This document shows, in pieces, positions 1-10,104 of a DNA stretch of 64,000 bases; position 1 is the first letter of the stretch; every line of letters begins with the position of its first letter. The position numbers and the translations under genes were made by a program. The notes under the pieces were generated by a model. That model saw only the letters and a list, made by a program, of their open reading frames with translations, did no database searches and had not been told where the DNA came from. Origin of the DNA: Candidatus Bathyarchaeia archaeon (GTDB lineage Archaea > Thermoproteota > Bathyarchaeia > Bathyarchaeales > Bathycorpusculaceae); assembly GCA_038883655.1 (NCBI GenBank), contig JAVZLQ010000004.1, positions 32,001 to 96,000 of the forward strand. The letters run 5' to 3'.

Positions 1-1
1 T

Positions 2-181
2 GTTGGCAAGTGTTTCGATTGTGAAGGTGTCACCGAGCTTGTTGAGTTGGATGTTAAAAGGGGAACAAAAATTATGCGGTGCCAAGTTTGCGGCTTATTC
101 CACTTTTATCAGAAGGATTTTTTGGGTAGATGGAAACTACTAAAGGTTTCAAAAAGCAGTGGTTTTGAACAGACGAAATAG
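2..181 (+). CDS. 3' part of a small Zn-ribbon protein (5' end outside window)
   Basis: Manual translation of frame 2: VGKCFDCEG...MRCQVCGLFHFYQKDFLGRWKLLKVSKSSGFEQTK*. Two CxxC pairs; TAG at 179-181. Not in ORF track. Confidence 0.65.
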   Translation, partial: VGKCFDCEGVTELVELDVKRGTKIMRCQVCGLFHFYQKDFLGRWKLLKVSKSSGFEQTK

Positions 182-187
182 TTTTAA

Positions 188-1930
188 TTATTGTGTGGTT
201 TCCGCTGCTTTTGCCTTTGCGCGTTCCTCTTCCTGCAGCACTCTCCGCAGTACTTTGCCGACCAGCGTCATTGGCAGTTCCTTTCTGAACTCCAACTCCC
301 TTATAGCCTTGTATGGCGCAACCTTCTCGTTCACAAAATCCATAAGCTCCTTCTCTGTGGCCGTCATTCCATCCTTTAACACTATGAAGGCTTTTGGAAT
401 TTCTCCAGCCACCGGGTCTGGTTTACCCACAACCGCGCAGAGTTTAACGGCCGGGTGCTCATAAAGCACGTCTTCAAGCTCTCTCGGGTAGACGCTGTAG
501 CCCTTATACTTGATTAGGTCTTTCTTACGGTCTGTAATGTAAAAGTAGCCATCCTCATCCATCCTCCCAATATCGCCAGTGTAAAGCCAACCGTTCCGCA
601 GAACATCCGCTGTTTCATCCGGCATTTTCCAATAACCCTTCATTACTTGCGGCCCCTTAACGACGAGTTCTCCAATCTCGCCTGGTGCAAGCTCTTTTTC
701 GCCAGTTTCCACGTCCACAATCTTTGCGTCTGTGTCTGGCCATGGTATGCCTATCGAGCCTATCTTGACGGTTTTCAATGATTTGTCCAGTGGGTTGCAG
801 TGTGTTACTGGAGAAGCCTCTGTAAGCCCATATCCCTCAACTAGTACGCCGCCAGTCACTTCCATAAACTTCTTTTGCACTTCTGGCGGTAACGGCGCGG
901 AACCAGAAATGCAGTAGCGCACTGACCTGCAATCGTACTTGCCGAGGTCTGGATGTGCAAGAAGCATAGAATACATTGTTGGTGCTCCGCAGAAGACTGT
1001 AACCCTATATTTTTGTATAGCCTCTAACGTGCTTATTGGGTCGAATCGTGGAAGCAGAACAATTTTTCCAGCTAAGTGTATGGGCGCGTTCATGCCCGTT
1101 GTCATTCCATAAATGTGGAAGAGCGGCAAAACAGCAAGAAAAACCTCGTTTCCTTCGCGAGCGTCTTTAAACCAAGCCTTGCACATTATGGCGTTTGAAA
1201 CGAGGTTCATGTGCGTTAACATTGCGCCTTTCGCTGTTCCAGTTGTTCCGCCCGTGTACTGAAGCGCCACCAAATCCTCTTTCGGGTTAATATCCACGCT
1301 TGGCGGTTTCGCCTCATACTTATTCACGAGCTCTTTGAAGAAGTAAACGTTTGGTTTACGCTCAACTTTGTGCGAGGGAATTTTTCCAAGCAGCGAGCCA
1401 AGAAAGGCTTTAGTTGAGGGCATATAGTCCTTAAGCCCAGTCACAATTACGTGTTTCAGCTTTGTTTTCACCCAAACCTTTTCAATCGTCGGGTAAAGCA
1501 TGTCCAAAACAACGATTGTTTCGGCTTCAGAATCGTTTAGCTGATGCTCCACTTCCCGCTCCTTATACAGTGGGCTTATGGCGGTTACAACTGCTCCGGT
1601 TTTTATTGCTCCATAATATGCCATTACAAACTGTGGAATGTTTGGGAGGTAAATTGCCACTTTGTCGCCCTTTTTAACTCCCAAATCAGTCAGCGCGGCT
1701 GCAAACTTGTCTGTAAGTGAATCCAACTCCTTGTAGGTTATTTTATTGTCAAAGTAAACAAGCGCAATGTTATTTGGATACTTCTCAGCGCTTTTCCTTA
1801 AAAACTCGAAAAGCGGAATCTCCGGATAATCAATGTGCGTTGGAACCCCTTCAGGCCAAACCTTCAACCAAGGCTTTTCCAAAGGCTTTTCGACTTTTTT
1901 CACTTTCTCTTTCTTTTTTCTTGGAGACAT
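188..1930 (-). CDS. fadD: Long-chain fatty acid--CoA ligase
   Basis: AMP-binding motifs YTGGTTGTAKG, EGYGLTE, LYTGD, DRKKD and A10 motif PMTLVGK. ATG at 1930 preferred over TTG at 1960. Confidence 0.92.
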   Translation of the reverse strand: MSPRKKKEKVKKVEKPLEKPWLKVWPEGVPTHIDYPEIPLFEFLRKSAEKYPNNIALVYFDNKITYKELDSLTDKFAAALTDLGVKKGDKVAIYLPNIPQFVMAYYGAIKTGAVVTAISPLYKEREVEHQLNDSEAETIVVLDMLYPTIEKVWVKTKLKHVIVTGLKDYMPSTKAFLGSLLGKIPSHKVERKPNVYFFKELVNKYEAKPPSVDINPKEDLVALQYTGGTTGTAKGAMLTHMNLVSNAIMCKAWFKDAREGNEVFLAVLPLFHIYGMTTGMNAPIHLAGKIVLLPRFDPISTLEAIQKYRVTVFCGAPTMYSMLLAHPDLGKYDCRSVRYCISGSAPLPPEVQKKFMEVTGGVLVEGYGLTEASPVTHCNPLDKSLKTVKIGSIGIPWPDTDAKIVDVETGEKELAPGEIGELVVKGPQVMKGYWKMPDETADVLRNGWLYTGDIGRMDEDGYFYITDRKKDLIKYKGYSVYPRELEDVLYEHPAVKLCAVVGKPDPVAGEIPKAFIVLKDGMTATEKELMDFVNEKVAPYKAIRELEFRKELPMTLVGKVLRRVLQEEERAKAKAAETTQ

Positions 1931-2033
1931 AAGGTTTTTCAACCATTTCTGAATATGCAACTAAAGGTTATAATAACACTTTCCATAAATGGACTCATTT
2001 GAAAGCGAGAAAGGTGAAAATACTGGATTGTGG

Positions 2034-2465
2034 CTATGGTGGTGAAACAAACTCATATGTTAGGTTTCCTTCTTGCGTAACTTTAGCCGTGAGCTTAACT
2101 TTCATGCCAACCTTGACCTGTGAAAGCTTGAATCCCGTAAGCCATGCGAGCACCCTAACGCCTTCTTTGAGTTTTCCGATAGCCACGGTGTATGGTTTGT
2201 TCTGTTGGAAGGATGTTGGTCTAACAACAACATGCGTAAAGGTTTCGATTTCCGCCTCGCTGCTCAGTTCTATCCATTCCATGTTTGATGTTAGGCATTC
2301 TGGGCAATCTGCTGCTGGTGGGAAATATGTTTTTCCACATTTTGTGCATTTTGTTGCGTAAACTTTTCCTTCTTTTAAGCCTTCCCAGAATTTCAAAGTC
2401 TTGCTTATCGGTATGTCCTGCACGATTTTGATCTCTCTCGATTTTATTGATGGCATAGTCGACAT
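2034..2465 (-). CDS. DUF35 Zn-ribbon/OB-fold protein (thiolase partner)
   Basis: CTKC...CPEC followed by an OB fold; directly downstream of the thiolase. Confidence 0.88.
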   Translation of the reverse strand: MSTMPSIKSREIKIVQDIPISKTLKFWEGLKEGKVYATKCTKCGKTYFPPAADCPECLTSNMEWIELSSEAEIETFTHVVVRPTSFQQNKPYTVAIGKLKEGVRVLAWLTGFKLSQVKVGMKVKLTAKVTQEGNLTYEFVSPP

Positions 2466-2470
2466 ACCTT

Positions 2471-3643
2471 CTACCTCCTTAAAATTGTCACATAACAGTA
2501 GTGTCCAGTTCCGCCCACATTATGCGCCAGTCCAACGTAATTTTTAAGTGGAACCTGCCTACCCTTTTCGATGGCTTCTCCTCTAAGCTGTTTTGTTACC
2601 TCGTATATCATTGAGCATCCAGTTGTGCCTATCGGGTGTCCCTTCGCTTTTAATCCTCCGTCCATGTTTACTGGGATTTTTCCGCCGATTTCTGTTTGTC
2701 CTTCGCGGATTAGTTTTGCTCCTTCGCCCTTGCTGCAGAACCCAAGGTCTTCGTAAGCCATTATCTCGGCTATTGTAAAGCAGTCATGAACCACCGCAAA
2801 GTCAACTTGGTTTGGTGTTATCCCAGCAATTTTATATGCCATCTTCGCGGCGTGAACACTTGCCTCTAAACCAACGTAGTCCAGTCTTTTGCTCAGGTTT
2901 GCTGTTCCGGAAGAATAGCCTACACCAGCAACCCAAACTGGCGTGTCAATGCCCAACTGCCTAACCTTCTCTTCTGAGGCGAGAACAATTGCTGCTGAGC
3001 CATCAGTCATTGGGCAGCAGTCGAAAAGTTTGAGCGGCGAAGAGATAACCATCGAGGATAGCACATCATCAATCGTTATTTGATTTCGCAAGTGTGCAAG
3101 CGGGTTCATAGAAGCGTACTTATGGTTTTTGACAGCTACCAAAGCCAAGTCCTCTTCTGTTGTTCCGAACTTTGCCATGTGCGCCGTAGCATACAACGCA
3201 TAATACGCGGGGAAAGTCATTCCAAAATTGTGGAACTCCCAAAGGTAGTAGCCAGCCCTCCCAATCCACTCCATGGCTGTAGGCGTATCAATTTCACGCA
3301 TTTTCTCAACACCCAAGGCCATGGCGATTTCCGCTTGACCACTGGCAACAGCCGAATAAGCCGTGAAAAAGGCAGCGCTGCCGCTTGCACACGCTGCTTC
3401 GCATCGAACCAAACCAGCTTTTGTTAAACCACAATATTCCGCAGCAACAACTGCTGGGAGAAGCTCCTCATACCATGCGCCAGCGCCAACAGAGCCTAAA
3501 GCTACAAACTCTACGTCTTTGGCGGTTATTCCCGCGTCTTCAAGTGATGGCTTAACCGCCTCAAATGCCAGTTCAGCGACATTCACATCGTTTCTAACCC
3601 CAAACTTGGAGTTTCCAACCCCTATAACTGCAACTTTCTTCAT
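2471..3643 (-). CDS. Thiolase (acetyl-CoA acyltransferase, archaeal SCP2-type)
   Basis: Motifs EAACASG, HDCF, KGHPIG, HNVGG. ATG at 3643 follows a GGTG SD-like sequence. Confidence 0.92.
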   Translation of the reverse strand: MKKVAVIGVGNSKFGVRNDVNVAELAFEAVKPSLEDAGITAKDVEFVALGSVGAGAWYEELLPAVVAAEYCGLTKAGLVRCEAACASGSAAFFTAYSAVASGQAEIAMALGVEKMREIDTPTAMEWIGRAGYYLWEFHNFGMTFPAYYALYATAHMAKFGTTEEDLALVAVKNHKYASMNPLAHLRNQITIDDVLSSMVISSPLKLFDCCPMTDGSAAIVLASEEKVRQLGIDTPVWVAGVGYSSGTANLSKRLDYVGLEASVHAAKMAYKIAGITPNQVDFAVVHDCFTIAEIMAYEDLGFCSKGEGAKLIREGQTEIGGKIPVNMDGGLKAKGHPIGTTGCSMIYEVTKQLRGEAIEKGRQVPLKNYVGLAHNVGGTGHYCYVTILRR

Positions 3644-3712
3644 GTTAACACCACTCAATTTTGAAGCAAATTTTGATTGTGAAAAAAATGGAAAAGGGAT
3701 TATTTGACGCTT

Positions 3713-4501
3713 TTATTTGCCTTTGAATTCCGCCTTGCGTCTCGACATGAATGCTTCTACACCTTCTTTTAGGTCTTCAGTTGAAAATGTTAAGCCCATA
3801 AGCCCAGATTCTAGGCGTAAGCCGACCTCCAACGGCACTTGTGTTCCAAAGTTTAAGGCGTGCTTCGCATAGCGCATCGCTATTGGTGGTCCCTCTGCAA
3901 GCCTATTCGCTAAGGCTCTAACTTCATCCCTTAACTTATCAAAATGTACAACTTTATGAACTAAACCTATTTTTAGTGCTTCTTCTGCTTTAATGCGTTC
4001 GCCGAGCATAACCATTTCCTTAGCTTTGGCTAAACCCACGATTCTGACGAGCCTTTGTGTTCCGCCCCATCCTGGAATTAAGCCTAACGCTATTTCTGGG
4101 CTTCCCAGTTCTGCGTGTTCTGCTGCCACTCTGAAATCGCATGCCAATGCGAGTTCTAGTCCTCCGCCTAGGGCGAATCCGTTTATCGCCGCGATTACTG
4201 GTTTTGACATTTCCTCTATTTTTCCGAAGATTTTCTGTCCAAACCTTGAGAACTCTTCGGCTTTTGCCGGCGTTGCCTTTGGAAACATTGTTACATCTGC
4301 GCCTGCGCTGAAAGCCCTATCGCCTTCGCCAGTTATTACTACGCACTTGACTGATGGGTCTTTTTCTGCCGTGTCTAATACATCGCCGAGTTCTTCGAGC
4401 ATGACGTCGTTGAAGGTGTTTAGCCTATGCGCTCTGCTGAGTATTATCCACAAAACGCTTTGTTCTCTTTCCACCTTTATTGTTTCGTATGCTTTACTCA
4501 T
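3713..4501 (-). CDS. Enoyl-CoA hydratase (crotonase)
   Basis: Motifs AFSAGAD, GFALGGGLELALACD, PEIALGLIPGWGG. Confidence 0.92.
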   Translation of the reverse strand: MSKAYETIKVEREQSVLWIILSRAHRLNTFNDVMLEELGDVLDTAEKDPSVKCVVITGEGDRAFSAGADVTMFPKATPAKAEEFSRFGQKIFGKIEEMSKPVIAAINGFALGGGLELALACDFRVAAEHAELGSPEIALGLIPGWGGTQRLVRIVGLAKAKEMVMLGERIKAEEALKIGLVHKVVHFDKLRDEVRALANRLAEGPPIAMRYAKHALNFGTQVPLEVGLRLESGLMGLTFSTEDLKEGVEAFMSRRKAEFKGK

Positions 4502-4561
4502 ATTTTCACCACGCACAAACTTTGTTGTGCATAATTATTATCGTTTTTCTTTTTCATATTT

Positions 4562-5716
4562 CTAGAATTTCCGCAGCAGATACTTCAGCACCGTGAGTTT
4601 CTGAATTTCGCTTGTTCCCTCATAGATTTCGGTTATTTTTGCATCTCTATGATAACGCTCAACGCGGTAATCGCCCAGATACCCGTACCCGCCAAGAGTT
4701 TGTATTGCGAAGTCTGTGACTTCCATTGCCACGCGGCTTGCGTACTGTTTAGCCATGGCTGTTGCCATCGGGTCCATTTTTCCAACGTCTATGAGCCAAG
4801 CAGCCCTGTATGTTAGCCATCTTGCCGCCTCAATTTTTGTCATTGCTTCTGCTAGTCCACAACCTATCAGTTCATGTTGTAGTATTGGCTGTCCGAAGGC
4901 TTCTCTTTGTTTTGCGTATTTGAACGCTATTTCCCACGCGCCTTGAGCCATTCCAACTGCTTGGGCTGCTACGCCTACTCTTGTTTTGTCGAAGAACTCC
5001 ATTGAATGGTAAAATCCCCTGTTTAATTCGCCTACTATGTTTGTGTCTGTCACTTTTACATTGTCAAATTTTACTTCGCCAGTTACTGAGCATCTAATTC
5101 CCATCTTGTTGTGCAGTTTTGTTGTTTCAAGTCCCGGTGTGCCTTTGTCCACCACGAAGAGCGTTTCACCTCTGTACGTTGGTCTCACTTTTGTGTCTGT
5201 TTGTGTTAGGACGATTATGAAGTCGGCGATCGTTGCGTTTGTTATGAAGGTTTTTGTTCCGTTTATCCACCATTCGCTTCCATATTTTGTGGCTGTTGTT
5301 TCCATGCGCGTTATGTCGCTTCCGCTTACATTTGGCTCTGTGAAGGCCGCTGCTGAGAGGAATTCGCCTTTACAAATTGGCGGTAAATATTTTTCCTTTT
5401 GCTCCTTTGTTCCATAAGAAAGTATTAGTTCGCTTCCGAAGTTTCCGCTTGAAACGGCTACGCCAAGTGATGAGTCTGCTCTACACATTTCTTCGATAAC
5501 TAGGCACGTTTCAAGTAGTCCATAGCCTTGTCCACCATACTCTTCTGGGAAAAACATGCTTGTAAAGCCTAGCTGTGCCGCTTTCTTGTATATTTCCATT
5601 GGAAATTCCTCTTTTCTGTCAAGTTCGAGGGCTATTTCTGGTTTGAACTCTTTTTGGCAGAACTCCCTAACTGCGTTTACAATTCCAATGTGTTCTTCTG
5701 TCAATTCAAACTTCAA
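4562..5716 (-). CDS. Acyl-CoA dehydrogenase (copy 1)
   Basis: Motifs AFTEP..SGSD, NGTKTFITNA, EIYEGTSEIQ. Likely TTG start at 5716 overlaps the upstream stop. Confidence 0.93.
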   Translation of the reverse strand: MKFELTEEHIGIVNAVREFCQKEFKPEIALELDRKEEFPMEIYKKAAQLGFTSMFFPEEYGGQGYGLLETCLVIEEMCRADSSLGVAVSSGNFGSELILSYGTKEQKEKYLPPICKGEFLSAAAFTEPNVSGSDITRMETTATKYGSEWWINGTKTFITNATIADFIIVLTQTDTKVRPTYRGETLFVVDKGTPGLETTKLHNKMGIRCSVTGEVKFDNVKVTDTNIVGELNRGFYHSMEFFDKTRVGVAAQAVGMAQGAWEIAFKYAKQREAFGQPILQHELIGCGLAEAMTKIEAARWLTYRAAWLIDVGKMDPMATAMAKQYASRVAMEVTDFAIQTLGGYGYLGDYRVERYHRDAKITEIYEGTSEIQKLTVLKYLLRKF

Positions 5717-6903
5717 TGGTAGAACCCCCTTCCAGCTTTTTTGCCAGTCCAACCCTTGCTAACGTAATCTTCAAGCAGTGGACATGGCTTATACATTTCC
5801 ATGTTATATTTCGAGTATAACTCCTTCAACCTATCCAATATAATATCTAAGCCTACTCTGTCAGCGTACTCGCACGGGCCTGAAGGCCAATAAGTGCCAA
5901 GCTTCATTCCAGTATCTATATCCTCTGGATTTGCTGCGTCGTCGTGGATGAGCCACGCGGCTTCGTTTGCTGCTACTGCCCATGACCTTTCGACATCGTA
6001 CTCCTCGAGTAAGTTGAATGGTATGCGTGGTCTTCCTTTCGTCCAGTCGTAGAAGCCGACGCCTGTTTTTTGTCCGAATTTGCGTTCCTTTATTAGTGGT
6101 TCTATAACTTCTATGCATGGCTTCATTCTTTCGCCATAAGCCTCATACAATATTTTTCCGACTTCGTAGGCTATGTCAAGCCCCACAAAGTCTGCAAGTT
6201 CAAACCATCCCATTGGAAAACCGCCAGTATATTTCACTGAAGCATCTATCCCCTCCTTTGTTGCTTCTCCTCTGCGATAAGCCCAAAACGCCTCGTTGAA
6301 AACTGCACCTAAAATTCTGTTTACTATAAAGCCCCTAATGTCCTTTCGTACCGTTACTGGTGTTTTTCCAAGTTTTTTAGCGAGTTCTACAAGCGTGTTT
6401 AGCGTCTCTTGGCTTGTTTCTTCGCCCTTTATCACTTCCACCAGAGCCATAAGTTGCGGCGGGTTGAAGAAGTGCATTCCAGCAACCTTGTCTGGGCGTT
6501 TTGTGGCTCTTCCCATTTCTGTTATGCTAAGTGTTGAGGTGTTTGACGCTAAAATTGCGTGTGGCGGCGCTATAGAGTCCAATGTTGCAAAAACCTTCTT
6601 TTTTAGGTCTATGTTCTCTGGAACCGCCTCTATGGCAAGATCTATGTCCTTCGCGGCTTGCTCATAACTTGTTGTTGTGCTTATCCTAGCCAACGTAGCG
6701 TCAGCATCTTCCCGCCTAATCCTTTTCTTTTCAACAAACTTATCTAGGCTCCACCTAATTTTTTCAATCCCTTTTTGGAGAAATTCTTCACTTATGTCAA
6801 CCATCGTGACCGTGTGCCCATTCATGGCAAGAAGCTGCGCGATTCCATGCCCCATCGCCCCAGAACCGATAACAGCCGCTTTTTGAATGTTCCCAACAGA
6901 CAA
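5713..6903 (-). CDS. 3-hydroxyacyl-CoA dehydrogenase (duplicated C-terminal domain)
   Basis: Motifs GSGAMGHG, EAVPE, ASNTS, GMHFFNP, GFIVNR. Confidence 0.93.
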   Translation of the reverse strand: MSVGNIQKAAVIGSGAMGHGIAQLLAMNGHTVTMVDISEEFLQKGIEKIRWSLDKFVEKKRIRREDADATLARISTTTSYEQAAKDIDLAIEAVPENIDLKKKVFATLDSIAPPHAILASNTSTLSITEMGRATKRPDKVAGMHFFNPPQLMALVEVIKGEETSQETLNTLVELAKKLGKTPVTVRKDIRGFIVNRILGAVFNEAFWAYRRGEATKEGIDASVKYTGGFPMGWFELADFVGLDIAYEVGKILYEAYGERMKPCIEVIEPLIKERKFGQKTGVGFYDWTKGRPRIPFNLLEEYDVERSWAVAANEAAWLIHDDAANPEDIDTGMKLGTYWPSGPCEYADRVGLDIILDRLKELYSKYNMEMYKPCPLLEDYVSKGWTGKKAGRGFYH

Positions 6904-7003
6904 AATGCTTCCTCCTTTTTGAGAAATATAAGTAATATTGAAAGCGTATAAAAGCTTTGAAACTATGTATTAATTGTGGATTGAAAAGAGAAAAGCAAAA
7001 TGG

Positions 7004-8158
7004 CTATGCTTGTTTCTGTAAGAAGTTAATTATAGTGAGTTTTTGAACTTCAGTTGTTCCTTCATAGATTTCTGTTATCTTCGCACAACGGTGAAAACGT
7101 TCCACGTGGTAGTCTGCTAGATAACCGTATCCGCCGAGAATCTGTATAGCATCGTCAGTTACCTCCATTGCCACGCGGCTTGCGTATGCTTTAGCCATTG
7201 ATGTCGCTGCCGGGTTCGGCTTTTCTTTATCGTAGAGCCAAGCTGCCTTATACGTCATTAGGCGCGCTGCTTCGATTTTCATTGCCATTTCAGCCAGCTT
7301 AAACGACACGCCTTGAAAGTTTATTATTGGTTGACCGAACTGTTTTCGTGTTTTCGCATAGTTTAATGCGCGTTCAAAGGCGCCTTGAGCCATTCCGACG
7401 GCTTGAGCTGCAACTGTTATGCGTGTTCCATCGAAAAGTTCTAAGGTGTAATAGAATCCCTTGTTTAATTCGCCTACAAGATTTGTTTCTGGCACCCTTA
7501 AGTCAGAGAGCGCAAGCGATCCCGTGACACATGGTTTTATGCCCATTTTTCCATGCAGTTTTGTCACGTCTAACCCTGGCATGCCCTTTTCCGCCAAGAA
7601 AAGGCTTTGTCCACGGTGTGGCGGTTGCGCGTTGGGGTCTGTTTGGCACAGTATTATGAAGGTGTCTGCTATCGGCGCGTTTGTTATGAACTGTTTGTCG
7701 CCGTTTATAATCCATTCATTTCCGCTTTTCACGGCTGTCGTGTTCATACGTGTTATGTCGCTTCCATGTTCTGGCTCCGTGAAGGCTGCAGCAGCTATTT
7801 TTTCGCCTTTCGCCAGTGGCGGAATGTACTTTTCTTTTTGCTGTTCTGTGCCATGTTTCAGCAGCACATCTGGAACCATGAGGTTTCCTAGGGACACCGC
7901 CACGCCTAAGCCCGGGTCTACTCGGCAAAATTCTTCTACGACTATGCATTCTTCTAGTACGCCGTAGCCTTGTCCGCCGTATTCTTGTGGGATGCGCATG
8001 CTTGTAAATCCAAGTTGGGCAGCCTTCTTGTACAGTGCCATTGGAAACTCTTCTTTCTGGTCGTATTCCAAGGCGAGTTCTGGCGTAAACTCCTTTTCTG
8101 CGAATTCGCGTGCTGCCTTCTTTATTTCAAGCTGTTCTGCTGTTAGTTTAAACTCCAT
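7004..8158 (-). CDS. Acyl-CoA dehydrogenase (copy 2)
   Basis: Motifs AFTEPEHGSD and EIYEGTTEVQ; paralog of 4562-5716. Confidence 0.93.
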   Translation of the reverse strand: MEFKLTAEQLEIKKAAREFAEKEFTPELALEYDQKEEFPMALYKKAAQLGFTSMRIPQEYGGQGYGVLEECIVVEEFCRVDPGLGVAVSLGNLMVPDVLLKHGTEQQKEKYIPPLAKGEKIAAAAFTEPEHGSDITRMNTTAVKSGNEWIINGDKQFITNAPIADTFIILCQTDPNAQPPHRGQSLFLAEKGMPGLDVTKLHGKMGIKPCVTGSLALSDLRVPETNLVGELNKGFYYTLELFDGTRITVAAQAVGMAQGAFERALNYAKTRKQFGQPIINFQGVSFKLAEMAMKIEAARLMTYKAAWLYDKEKPNPAATSMAKAYASRVAMEVTDDAIQILGGYGYLADYHVERFHRCAKITEIYEGTTEVQKLTIINFLQKQA

Positions 8159-8183
8159 TTTTGGATTTCCTCCTACCGTAATT

Positions 8184-9173
8184 TTATGCCTTTTGCCCTT
8201 TTAACTCTACTATCTTGTTCTTAAGCGCCGGCACAACTTTGAATAAGTCGTCGATCACGCCGTAGTCTGAAAAGTTGAATATTGGCGCGTTTGGGTCTTT
8301 GTTTATCGCTATGATTAGGTCGGAGTTTTTCATTCCTAACACGTGTTGGAAGGCGCCGCTTATGCCAACTGCAATGTAAAGTTTCGGCTTGACCGTTTTT
8401 CCTGAACTGCCAACTTGGCGGTCGCTTGGAAGCCAACCCTTATCCACAACTGGTCTCGAACAAGCGAGAACCGCGCCCAACGTGTTTGCAAATTCCTCCA
8501 TCAACGGCATGTTCGCTTGGTCTTTTATGCCTCTTCCTATGCCCACAAGCTTTTCTGCCGCTGTTATGTCCACTCCGCCAGGCGGAGGCAAGACGTACTC
8601 TATGAAGTGTTTTGTTGTTATTTCTTCTGTTAGTGGCGACGGTTTTTCTATTATTTCTCCGTTTAATGGTGGTTCTGGCTTTTTGGCTGTAAATGCTGCT
8701 TGGCGCACAGTAACCATGTAGTTGTCCGCCTTTTTAAGCGAAGCCTTAACGTTGACTTTGCCGCCATACATCTGCCTAATCACCGTTAGGTTTTCGCCTT
8801 CGAAGAATATGTCTATGCAATCCGTTGCGAGCGGAATGCCTAATGCGGCGGCAAGCCTAGGAGCAAGCTCGACGCCGTAGGATGTGTGTCCAATTATTGT
8901 CAGCAGTGGTTTCTCTTCCTTGATTAGGTTCGAGAGCACTTTTTGGTAAGCTTCTGAATTAAAGTTCTCAAGTTTGGTGTCTTCTACAACCAAAACTTTT
9001 TTTGCATACTCGGAAAGCACTTTCGCCTTTTCTTTAACATCTTTGCCTAATAGGACAGCGGTTAGTTCAGTGTTTGCCTTTTCAGCTATTTCCTTGCCTT
9101 TAGTTAACATTTCATATGTTATGTCTCTTATTTGTCCCTGCCTATGCTCGGCTAAAACGAATATTTCCGCCAT
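8184..9173 (-). CDS. etfA: Electron transfer flavoprotein alpha subunit
   Basis: Motifs QVGSSGKTVKPKLYIAVGISGAFQH and AINKDPNAPIF. Confidence 0.95.
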   Translation of the reverse strand: MAEIFVLAEHRQGQIRDITYEMLTKGKEIAEKANTELTAVLLGKDVKEKAKVLSEYAKKVLVVEDTKLENFNSEAYQKVLSNLIKEEKPLLTIIGHTSYGVELAPRLAAALGIPLATDCIDIFFEGENLTVIRQMYGGKVNVKASLKKADNYMVTVRQAAFTAKKPEPPLNGEIIEKPSPLTEEITTKHFIEYVLPPPGGVDITAAEKLVGIGRGIKDQANMPLMEEFANTLGAVLACSRPVVDKGWLPSDRQVGSSGKTVKPKLYIAVGISGAFQHVLGMKNSDLIIAINKDPNAPIFNFSDYGVIDDLFKVVPALKNKIVELKGQKA

Positions 9174-9962
9174 TTATATGAGCCCCCTCGACTTGAGAAT
9201 TTCAACAATTTTCGCTGCAATTTCGTCTGGGCTTCCCTTGAGGAATTCCGCTTGCTTCTCCACTGGTGGCACGTAAAGCTTCTCTATTCTAATCCATGAG
9301 CCTGCTTCTCCAACATCCGCCTCGCTTAGCCCAGTTTCAGCCAGACTCATGACTTTTATTTCTTTTTGCATTGCCTTGCGTATGCCCATTATCGAAACGT
9401 AACGTGGCTCGTTTATGCCTGTCTGAACCGCAAAAAGCGCTGGAAGCCTAACCTCTAAGACTTCTTCTAGTCCGCCTTCAAGTTCACGGTTAACTCGCGC
9501 TGTTCCAGTGCCCAACTCGATTTTCTTAACAAGTGTTGCGTGTGGTATTCCAAGCATTTCCGCCAGTATTGGACCAACCATTGAGTAGCCGTCGTCTCCA
9601 GCTTGAAAACCAGTTAAAATCAAGTCATAATGTAAGTTTTTGATTACGCTGTGTAGAATTTTTGCGGTTGCGTAGCCGTCTGAGCCCTCAAATTTTGGGT
9701 CTGAAACGCGTATGGCTTTATCTGCGCCGCGGGCTAGGCATTTGCGCAGTGTGCTGTCAGAATTTTCCGCGCCCACTGTTATGGCTGTGACTGTTCCGCC
9801 GAGTTTTTCTTTTATGCGCACTGCCTCTTCAAGCGCGTAGTCGTCCCACTCGTTGATGTCGAAGACCAATCCCGCTTTTTCTATGGTTTTTCCGCTTGCA
9901 TGGATTTTCAGTTCTGCCTCTGCCGTTTCTGGAACATGCTTAACACAAACAATTATATCCAA
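9174..9962 (-). CDS. etfB: Electron transfer flavoprotein beta subunit
   Basis: Motifs IIVCVKHVP, INEWDDYALEEA, INEPRY. Confidence 0.95.
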   Translation of the reverse strand: MDIIVCVKHVPETAEAELKIHASGKTIEKAGLVFDINEWDDYALEEAVRIKEKLGGTVTAITVGAENSDSTLRKCLARGADKAIRVSDPKFEGSDGYATAKILHSVIKNLHYDLILTGFQAGDDGYSMVGPILAEMLGIPHATLVKKIELGTGTARVNRELEGGLEEVLEVRLPALFAVQTGINEPRYVSIMGIRKAMQKEIKVMSLAETGLSEADVGEAGSWIRIEKLYVPPVEKQAEFLKGSPDEIAAKIVEILKSRGLI

Positions 9963-10054
9963 AGTTTTCCCCTCTTAAATTGTGAAGTGTTGATAACAAA
10001 TCGTTTTCATATAACTTTTGCTTGTCTCACTTGCATTTCGAACATTAACTTTTG

Positions 10055-10104
10055 AAAAATCTAGAGGGGGTATCCAATTTGGCTGTTTCTGGAAGCCTAA
10101 ATTG
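10055..10104 (-). repeat. Dispersed ~50-bp hairpin element, copy 1 (overlaps hdrA stop)
   Basis: Minus strand reads CAATTTAGGCTTCCAGAAACAGCCAAATTGGATACCCCCTCTAGATTTTT; similar to 18640-18689 and 60230-60280. Confidence 0.7.

Noticed and set aside
10055-10104. The 50-bp element as a CRISPR repeat or integron attC site
   Set aside because: Copies are dispersed rather than arrayed, the ends do not fit RYYYAAC/GTTRRRY, and no cas or integrase gene is in the window.
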